From the human T2T-CHM13v2.0 reference genome, Homo sapiens, in the NCBI RefSeq assembly GCF_009914755.1, contig NC_060946.1: a stretch of 64,000 nt of DNA; one strand, given 5' to 3'. The position numbers and the translations under genes are program-made. Positions 54,346 to 64,000 of this stretch are shown here, in pieces. The number at the start of each line of letters is the position of its first letter. The stretch's first letter is position 1. The notes beneath the pieces were generated by a model. That model was not told the origin of the DNA. It worked only from the letters and a program-made list of their open reading frames with translations, and made no database searches.

Positions 54346-55649
54346 GACCCTTCCTCATCACAGCACTGTCCTCCGCCTGGAATCTCACCTGTGCTATCGG
54401 TCAGGCAAGCCACCAGCGGCATGAGGGCAGGGAAGGGCCAGTTGTACTTGCCACTGTTCCCCCAGGGTTCGCACCGTGCCCAGCATACAGTGAATTCTTA
54501 TGGACTCACACCGAGCGGGGTGCTTGGGCACCTTCCTTTTAAGACTGTGACCTTCTCCAGGGAATGGGCTGTGATTCTCTCACACTGTACCTGGCATGTA
54601 AACAGTGTCTATGCTTTTATTTTGGTTGAATCAATGCATGAAAGAATGACACAGATCATCCCAGTTCCCTTTTATATCCTGCCAGGACTGCCCCGCTGGG
54701 ATTTCCCATTCATTCCTTTATTCATCCATGAATGTCTAGGAAGCTTCTGATATATATCAGGCAGGGAACTGGGAGCGTGCACAGTGAGCAGGGCTGCCTG
54801 ATGGCCGGGTGGCTTCAGTTATGCAGGCTGTGGCTTTTGGAGAAGTTTCACCAGCGTCCTTCTTGGCTCGCTGTGGCTAATAAAATGCACATAACAATCT
54901 CGGAAGAGCCCGACGTCTCCCCCCATGTGCTCCGTTTTAATCGAGTCAGTCTTCCAGTGCGTGCTTTAATACTGTTAGAAGCAAATCAAAATTAATGAGA
55001 TTACCTCCTTTGAAATGTTATATATAATTAACCTCAAATTAAGGACAATATGCATTTGAATTTGCCAATCAGTAACACCTTGTGATTGCCGAAATACACA
55101 GTGGCAAATAAGAGATATTGACACTAACCTGCCCGTTGAAGTTGCATGTAAGTATCTCAAGGGAAATGGCTTTGAAGGTCCCCTGGTTGAGCCCCCAGCC
55201 AAGGGCAGGAAGAGAGTAGAGAAGTGTCCAGGCAAGGACGTGCCCCAGAGCCCCTTCATGGGGCACCCAGTTCTGAGTTTGGTCCAGGACTGCCAAGCAC
55301 CTCCTCCATTCCCAGAACATCCCCACTTCCCAGCTGCAGAGGCCAGAAGCTCAGCTGGGCATTGACAGCCATGTGGGCTGGCACCTTCCCATGCATCCCC
55401 TGAGGCTCCTTCAACTCAGACCAAAGGCCATGTAGCCTGAGTGGCTTGTGAAACCCCTGGTGTTTATGCTTCTCATTGGAAGCGGGTAGAACAACTTTCT
55501 AAAACCACATTGACAGGTTGTAAGTTCGCATCAGCTTCCTGCCTGGCAAAGCCATGGAACTCTGGAACAGTGGTCAGCCGGCAGCATGGATGGGGATAAA
55601 GGGTGATCATGATGACAAAGCCTCCCCGGGTTTCATTAGCGAGGGAGGT

Positions 55650-55810
55650 TTTATAATCTCTCCAAAGTCACATTACTCAATTCTTACAGGAGCCTTCTAA
55701 GGCTTGTAAGATTATTTAGTCTTTATTTTATAATTGAGGAAACTGAGGCCCAGAGAGTTGAGGTGCTTTTCCCAGGGCTACGTCATTATGAAGGAGCAGC
55801 GCCCAGATGC
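55650..55810 (-). mobile_element. MIR fragment
   Basis: tgaggaaactgaggcccagagagttgagg. Confidence 0.65.
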
Positions 55811-56225
55811 TCCACTAAGGGAAATGACCCAAGGGCCTCCTGACCCCCACCCCCCTGGAGAAGACCCAAATGCGGCTTTCTCCAAACAGATTCGGCTCTG
55901 CGGGATGCACCGCCCTGGCCCACAAGCATCTCCGCCTATTGTTTTGCTCTTCCGTGCAATTGCTTGAATGCCTCGCCGGCTTGTTTCAGCTTATTTGACT
56001 GAAAACCATCCACTGCACAAAAGCTGGGAGTTCCCAGAGAAGCCTCCATCTCTGTCACCCTCACTGCCCTCACTGTGACCTGGAGAGGGCACAGGTCGTG
56101 CCTCCTCCGCATCCCTCACCCATGAGCCCACTTCTGCCCTTGTGTTTTCTCACCTGGGCAGTGTGCCAGCCCAGTAACAATGCATCCTGGCAATGACAGA
56201 CTGTATGCGTGTCACGGAGCCTCAG

Positions 56226-56864
56226 TGCAGTGGGTTGAATAGTGTCCCCCAAATTCGGGTCCACCCAAAACCTGGAATGTGATGTTAGAGGGACACAAGG
56301 TGCTTGTAGATGTAATTGAGGTCAGGGTCTAGATGCGGTCATCCTGGAGTACAATGAGCTCTCAAACCAAAGAGAGTGTTCTTATTTTCTTATTTCCTTT
56401 TTTTTTGAGATAAGGTCTTGCTCTGTCACCCAAGCTGGAGTGCAGTGGTGCAATTATGGCTCACTGCAGCCTTGAACTCCTGGACTCAAGCGGTCCTCCC
56501 ACTTCAGCCTGGCCTCAAACTCCTGGGTTCAAGTAATCCTCCCTTTTGCCTTGGCCTCCCAAAGTGCTCGGATTATAGGCATGAGCCACCATGCCCAGCC
56601 TAGAGTGTTCTTACGAAAGCCAGACGTCATAGGATGATGGAGGCAGAGATTAGAGTGAGGCTGCCATAAGCCAAGGCACACTCGGAACCTCTAGAAGCGA
56701 AAGGGCAAGGAATGGGTCCTCCCTGGAGGCTCCAGATGGTGAAGCCTCTGCAGGCACCGTGGCTTCAGCCTTCTGGCCTCTAGAACAGTGAGATAATGCG
56801 TCTCTGTTGTTTTACACCACCCAGTTGGTGGTCATTGGTATGGCAGCCCCAGGAAACTGATCCA
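56226..56864 (+). mobile_element. MLT1B/C-type LTR interrupted by an Alu
   Basis: tgcagtgggttgaatagtgtccccc...tggcagccccaggaaactgatcca. Confidence 0.82.
56386..56601 (-). mobile_element. AluJ with an internal deletion
   Basis: TSD agagtgttctta on both sides; monomers fused at cttcagcct|ggcctcaaac. Confidence 0.9.
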
Positions 56865-57656
56865 CTTGGTATGTTGTTTGCAAGTGCCATTGCATGGAGT
56901 TTGTAAGATGCCTGCCAGGCAGCCATCCATTCCATCTCAAGAGAACCGTGGCAGTAGACCAGCAACCCCAATCAGCACAGAAGTGTTCCCTGGTCTCCCC
57001 TAGCAGAGTCGGCTGTGTGGGCTCCCACCCCATGCTCACCTCCTGCTCTGGCTCCTACTATACTGTGAGATGTTCATGTCTTTATTGTGCTTGCCCCCCA
57101 CTCTGTACGTCAGCTCCCGGAAGGCCTCCGTCTCTGCAGTGTTTTATCCCCAAAGCTCAGCCGAGTTCCTCATACACAATATTGAAGACCCGGCTTGTCC
57201 TGAAGAAGCAGACAGACTTAGTGCATTGGGAACAAGCCACGTGACTATCCGACTATGTGGATATCTAGCCCCCACTGATTTGCACAAAACAGTTCCATTC
57301 AGTTCAGCAAATGTTCACTGAGCCCCGACTCTGCCAGGCATAGTACAAGCGGTTGGAGTGTGCAGATAATTCTTGTTCTCAGGGAGTGGGAGAAAAGATA
57401 CATCCACAGATCACACTGAGCTTCAATTATTTTAAATTTCAGAATGAGTTTGTATTCCTTTTGGAAATTTTTGAAACTACAAGTAAGTGAAAAGAAAAGA
57501 GACGTCACTCATAAGCACTCTGTCTGGAAATAGTCATTTGGTGGACATAGGTCCAGATGCGTTAAAATTGGGACCTGGTTATACAAGTCATTTTACAACA
57601 TGTCCTTTTGTTTTCTTTCCATCTTCAATGACAATTAAATCAGATCCACATCATTC

Positions 57657-57979
<323 letters not shown>

Positions 57980-58261
57980 TAAGTGGCTAACTCAGACCCT
58001 TCAGCTATCTCTCTTCATTTAATTTGTTTAATCAGTCTCTCTATTTAATCAGTAAGATATTTATGCTTTTCCAGTTTTTATCAGGTATTATTATTTTGAA
58101 ATGCAAATTGGTTTTAAATTGTAAAATTACTACTGATCGTAGAAAAAATATCAATAGTGCAGAAGGGTATAAAAAAAAATCACCTTTCCCCTCACCCCTG
58201 GTCTTCAGAAGTAATAACTGCTAATAATACCTTTCTAGAAAGTTTTCATGCATTCACAAGC

Positions 58262-58865
58262 ATCTATATCTAATCTATACCTATATCTGTGTGTATCTAT
58301 GTCTCATCTATATCCATATCTATATCTAACATATCTATATATCTAATGCATATCTGCATCTAATCTATGCCTATATCTAGTCTATATCTATATCTAATCT
58401 ATATCCATATCTATATGTAGATGTATATCTGTATTTAATCTATATCTATACCTAATCTATAACCATATCTAATCTCTACCCATACCTATATGTAATCTAA
58501 TCTATATTACTGATATCTGTATAATTTAAGAAAGTCCATTTCTTGACATGTATCAGTCTGTTCTTGCACTGCTATAAAGAAACATTAGAGACTGGGTAGT
58601 TTATAAAGAAAAGGGGTTTGATTGGCTCATGGTTCTGCAGGCGGTACAGGAAGCAGAGCGGCATCAGATTCTGGGGAGGCCTCAGGGAACTTCCAATCAT
58701 GGCAGAAGGTGGAGGGGAAGAAGGCTCCTTTGCATGGCTGGAGCAGTAGGAGAGGAGCCAGACATTTCTTGTATGTATATATGTATGTATGTGTCTATTT
58801 ATCTATTATGTATCTATTATCTATTAATATCTATCATCTATCTGTCTATCGATCATCTATCACTA
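58262..58865. repeat. Degenerate (TATC/TCTA)n tracts at 58262-58520 and 58770-58865
   Basis: Directly visible low-complexity sequence. Confidence 0.85.
58549..58760 (-). mobile_element. Partial MSTA/MSTB LTR
   Basis: tgtatcagtctgttcttgcactgctataaag...ttctggggaggcctcagggaacttccaatcatggcagaagg. Confidence 0.85.
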
Positions 58866-58974
58866 GTTATCCTTTTCACAGAAAAGGAGTCATTTTGTAC
58901 ATATCATTCACTTTGCTCATTTCACTTTATGTGCCTTACACATCTTCCCATATCAGAACATGTAGATCTGTCTC

Positions 58975-61660
58975 ATTATTTTTAAGTTTTGTATTTTGAA
59001 AATTTCCAAGCGTATATAAAAGTAACAGTGTGGGATAATGAAACTCCATGTAGCCATCTTCCAGCTTCCACGATTATCTCAGCTCTTCTTCCCTTCATGT
59101 CATGCTGGGAGGACGTGGTAAAGGAAATTCATACCTGAAACATTTAGCAATAATTCCTTAAGATAAAATAATCTGTGTTCAAGTTTCCCTGTTTGTATTA
59201 TTATTATTATTTTACTCTTCCTTTGACTCATGGATGTTTCCTAATTTCTTTTAATCTAGGTGTTTTTCGCCCCTCTTTTTTTTCTTATACTTTTATCTGT
59301 TTCTTGTTCTAGAGATTTTTCTATATTTTGAATTTTGCTGATTTCTTTCCTATGTGTACTTGCTATGTTCTTAGCACATATTGTACTCAAATATTTGGGA
59401 ATGATTTGTAGACTGATGCCCCTTTATCTTCAAATACTTGAGTGGGTATTTTCTAAAAGCAACAACATTCTGTTTCATAACTATAAGTACAAGAGAGTTA
59501 GCAGTTAAACCTTATTTTCTTTTTTGCAGACATCCAGTTTTCACCAAATATCCCAACAAGTTTCTCTATAGCAAAAGCAAGCCCAGCCATGTGCCGCACT
59601 TCAGTCTCTCCTAATCTGGAAAAGTATCTCAGTCTGTGTTTGTCTTTCATGACACTGACTTTTTCATTAGAATTTTGTAGAATGCCTCTCTTTTTAAGTT
59701 TATTTGATGTTTCCTCAGTATTCAATTCGGATTATGCGATTTTGGTAGAGATACCCAAAAGTCATGCTGTGTTCTTCTCAGTGCCTCATGGGAGGAGGCC
59801 CATGGCGTCCACTTGCCCCGTTGTGAAGCTACTGCGGATCACTCGGTGAAGGGGGTGTCTTCTAGGTTTCCGCACTGTGAAGCTACAATTTCCACTCTAT
59901 AACTATCAAATATCACATGAAGGAGGTAATTTCAGTTTATGGAAAAGGTCTGTCATTCCTCAAACTTTCCGCCATTAGTTTTAGCATCCTTTGATGACTC
60001 TTGCCTGAATCAGTTATTATAATGGTTACCAAATGGTAATTTTCTAATTCCATACATATTCCTTCTACATTTATTAGTTGGCTTTCTACTGTTTGGAGCC
60101 TTCTTGTGCATGTATGAGTGTGTATGCATGTGTGTGTATGTGTGTATGCATGCATGTGATATGCTTATGTATGCATGTATGTATATATGTGTATGGATGT
60201 ATGTATATATGTGTGTACACATGTTTATGTATGTTTATACGTGTATGTGTGTATGCATGTATGTGCATATGCATATGTGTGTATGTATGTATATATGTGT
60301 GTATGGATGTGTATGTATGCCTTTATATGTATATGTGTACATATTCCTGTATATGTATGTGTGTGTATGTGTGTATGTGTGTTCGTGTATGTATGTGCAT
60401 ATGTGTGTTTGTATGTGTGTATGTAGGTGTATGTGTATGTATGTATGTGTATGTGTATGTATTGATGTGTGTATGTGTGTATGCATGTATGTGCATATGT
60501 GTATGTATGTGTTCGTGTGTGTGTATGTATGCATGTGAATGTATGTATATATGTGTATGTGTGTATGGATGCCTTTATATATATGTGTGTATGCATGCCT
60601 GTATATGTTTGTGTGTGTATGTGTGTATATGTGTGCATGTGTGTGTGTTTGTGTGTGTGTGTATGTATGTATATGTGTAGTGTGTGTATGAATATGTATG
60701 TATATTTGTAAGTGTGTATGTAGGTGTGTGTATGAGTGTGTATGTATGTATGTATCCACCCATCCATCTATTTATATGCTCACTCACCCATATTAGTATG
60801 GACTTGAATTTCTGCTTTCAATGAGCTATAATCCTTTAATCCTTTGCTATCATTAAGTTAATGCTCAAATCATTCCAGATTTGGCCAGTGGAACTTTTTG
60901 AGTGGCACCTATGCCCTTGGGACATAGCCCCATTGTTCTTTGCTCTTGCCCTTGACCTTGCAAGACGTCTTGGGCTCATCGCGTACTTCCTCTGTCCCAG
61001 ATGCTTCCCTGAGCCTCCCTGGTCCCTTCTAGTGAAAAACAGTCTCTGAGGCTCCCTTGTAGGTGCTGGGCTGCTCCTTGCTGCTTTGCTGATCATTGAT
61101 CCTGTAGCTTTTCAGTTGAAGATCTGGGATCTGTGTTTTTCTAAAGAAAATGTATGATACCAAGTATTTGTACTGATATTTCCAATTCAAATTTAGGTTA
61201 CGAGCTTTTATTTGACATCTTTTCCTTTATATTTGATCTCTTTTCTTTCATGCTGAAGTTCTTGGTTTCTATGATACTAACACAGTTACTACTTTGCTTT
61301 ATCTTATGGGTCAAAACTATTTAAAAATAGCAAGAACCATGTGTCATTATTAGCAATATGATTTCTAAAACAGTTAAGATTTGTTTCACTAGTTTTTGTG
61401 TTTAGGATATATTTAATAAGGGAAATTCAAACACTGGTTACTTGATCATCTTAAGGAATTACTGTTCGATGTTTTAGGTGTAATAAGAGTACTACGTCTT
61501 TACCAGATGGAAGAGGGGAACCATGTTTTACATAATTTGAAACATGAAATAATTTTTCTCTTTGTGGTTGAGCACCAGCTTCTACACAGCTACATTCTTT
61601 GTTTCATTTTGCTTTGATTTGGGAGGGATTGCTTTTTACTTGGCTTTATTGCTTGTAAAG
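58975..61660 (-). mobile_element. L1MC4/5-like 3' UTR fragments split by the microsatellite
   Basis: ttagcatcctttgatgactcttgcctgaatcagttattataatggttaccaaatgg; tgctcaaatcattccagatttggccagtgg. Confidence 0.7.
60105..60775. repeat. Complex (TG/TA)n microsatellite, ~670 bp
   Basis: Directly visible; source of the Cys/Val/Met/Tyr and His/Thr ORFs. Confidence 0.97.
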
Positions 61661-62713
61661 TATGCAAAAAAAAAATCAGTTATAAAGTAGGTAAAGTACG
61701 TGTGAAGAGGACACATTTAGGGAGGAGTGAGGGAATGGCAAGGATTCATGTTTGAAGCCAGGTATGCAGGGGCCTCAGGGAATGCAGAGAAGTTCACGGA
61801 AGCTGGGCTGGTCATAGCCGGTGGTGAAAGGGAAGAGAGGCCCCCAGGGCCCCTGCTTGAAAGGAGCCAGGGTGTCTGCAGGTCTATTGTGCTGGGTCTC
61901 TGAGGTGCCCCCATACCCCCAGAGCAGCCCAGGGAAGTGGGGAGGCACTGCCTAGCGAGTGCTTGGTGGTTGGTCCACACTCTCTATCCTGAGGAGCCCA
62001 TGGATCTGAACCGGGCCAGAGGAGTGAGTAGGGTTCCCTGTTAATGCAGGCCTTTGAAACTGCAAAGCACAGAAAGCCGGCAGCACCCAGGCGTGTGCCG
62101 TGGGGCCAGTGTCTTTGCTTCCTTGCAGAGGTGGTGGCCATGGCTGGGTTGGGACATGAGGGTGGCGGTGGCCTAGGGGGCCCTGGAGCCATGATAGTGA
62201 GTACTAGAAGAGTCTCTGTGTGGCTTGCAGGTCCGCTAGCACTGGTGGTGCCACCTGTGAATGTGACCCCGTGTGGGGATGGGGCAGCCCATGTGTTGCT
62301 TCCATGTGTTGCTTCCAGTGAGCAGAGGAGGTGAGGATTGGACACGGCCAGAGGCCGGGAGTGAGCTGGGTGCGTGTGGAAATGCCCAGGGTGTGGCTTC
62401 CTCACTGTATGGGAAGATCCAGGAGGCAGGTCCTGTGCAGCCTGCAGAGTTCCCGCTGCCCACTGGAGAGGAAGGGCACCAACCCACGCTGGATCTCTAC
62501 CTGTAGGTTCAACCAATGGAAGGACGAGGACACTGCGTGTTTGTTGACATCTCCCTCCTCTCCCAGAGCCTGGCCTGACTTTACCTCCCAGTTTGTGATG
62601 TTGGGATTATGTGTAGCAGGTGAGGAAGCAGAGGAGGGAAGGGGCTGCCCCTGGGAGCTCAGGGGCCAGAGGAGCCTGGTAGCTGGACATTGCCAAGGAC
62701 TCTGTTCAGGTGG

Positions 62714-63105
62714 TGTGATGGTTAATACTGAGTGTCAACTTGATTGGATTGAAAGATGCTAAGTATTGTTCCTGGGTGTGTCCGTGAGGGTATTTCCAAA
62801 GGAGATTAACATTTGAAATGTCCGTGGACTGGGAAAGGCAGACCCACCCTTAATCTGGGTGGGCACCATCTAATCAGCTGCCAACAGGCCAAAACAAAAA
62901 GCAGACAGAAGAATGTGAAAAGACTAGACTGGCCTAGCCTCCCAGTCTACATCTTTCTCCTGTGCTGGATGCTTCCTGCCCTCGAACATCAAACTCCAAG
63001 TTTTTCAGCTTTGGGACTCAGACTGGCTTCTTTGTTCCTCAGCTTGCAGATGGCCTATTGTGGGATCTTGTGATCATGTGAGTTAATACTTCTTAATAAA
63101 CTCCC

Positions 63106-63152
<47 letters not shown>

Positions 63153-63270
63153 CATATACACACATATATATACTAATATATATATATCCTAGTAGTTCTG
63201 TCTCTCTCTCTCTACATATATATATACAGACACACGTATATGTGTGTATGTGTGTGTGTTCATGTATGTA

Positions 63271-63309
<39 letters not shown>

Positions 63310-63360
63310 CTCCTAGTAGTTCTGTCCCTCTAGAGAGCCCCGACTAATTGACTAATACCA
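62714..63360 (+). mobile_element. MLT2A-type solo LTR (HERV-L) with expanded, duplicated (TA)/(TG) microsatellite
   Basis: tgtgatggttaatactgagtgtcaacttgattggattgaa...; cctagtagttctgtc occurs at ~63188 and ~63312. Confidence 0.92.
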
Positions 63361-63789
63361 GGGGCCCTTGGGGATTTCCCCAGCAGCGCTCACCACCTGC
63401 ATTAAGGGAACTGTGGATTAACGTGTGTATGTGTGTGTGCTCTCATGTGTGCATGTGTGTGTATGGGGGGTGTCTAAAGACCCATCGCAAGTCTAAAGGG
63501 ATGGTCACTTTTTAAAATAAGAACTGTTTTATTGTTAGATGTAGTATTGCAAGCCATCTGTTCTCTAGCAGGTTAGCACTGTAAAGAGCTTTTATTAGGT
63601 AGGCATCATCTACAGGCTATTATATTTAAATGATTGCTTTTAAAGATTTGATACCAATTTTATTTGTTTATTGTTTGTACCTAGATCAAGGAGAGGGCCT
63701 ATGATCCTGTTTAGATGATAGGCTTCAGGGTCAGTTTTGCCAAACATATGCTGAGTGAATTACAGGTACACCTCCGAATTAACTTAAAT

Positions 63790-63955
63790 GTTGAATTAGT
63801 ATTTACATCTCTACAACAATTTACCTCATGGCAGGTACCACTCATCTCATCTTCCATATGACCCTTGAGATGGCATGAGAGTCATGTTGTCTGCATCCTG
63901 TGGATGAAAAACTGGAGCTTGGGGGCTTGAGGTGTCACTGGTGGGAGGCAGAGGC
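63790..63955 (-). mobile_element. MIR fragment
   Basis: tcatcttccatatgacccttgagatgg...gatgaaaactggagcttggggg. Confidence 0.45.
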
Positions 63956-64000
63956 AGGCCAGATGCAAAGCTAGGTGAGCAGGTACACACACTTGGTCTC

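Noticed and set aside
60078-60787. Long Cys/Val/Met/Tyr and His/Thr ORFs (up to 200 aa)
   Set aside because: Stop-poor microsatellite frames, not genes
61884-62762. 210-aa and 143-aa ORFs in GC-rich unique DNA
   Set aside because: No recognisable domain; composition typical of chance ORFs; one runs into an LTR

Overview
Primate, almost certainly human, non-coding DNA: it carries an AluYb8, a human-specific subfamily. I could not identify the locus. I find no protein-coding exon, RNA gene, CpG island or CRISPR array. The ORF track is explained by Alu/L1/LTR remnants, microsatellites and chance ORFs. Most of the window is a layered transposon record: old L1M and L2/MIR fragments, an inverted L1PB, L1PA pieces, 14 Alus plus one small fragment, MaLR and MLT2 LTRs, and a ~6 kb two-LTR MER31-like (MER4-group ERV1) provirus remnant with a tRNA-His primer-binding site. 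The most unusual directly visible signals are: (1) short local templated duplications, namely a 137-bp copy flanked by a 12-bp TSD, an inverted ~80-bp flank copy inside an Alu, and a 34-bp identical patch with fold-back junctions; (2) a young AluYb8 43 bp head-to-head from an AluY; (3) VNTRs that start at inverted repeats; (4) a few repeat-free, motif-dense candidate enhancers. Nothing here supports a new multi-gene biological system. Family names are from remembered consensus sequences, not database searches, and boundaries of old elements are approximate.
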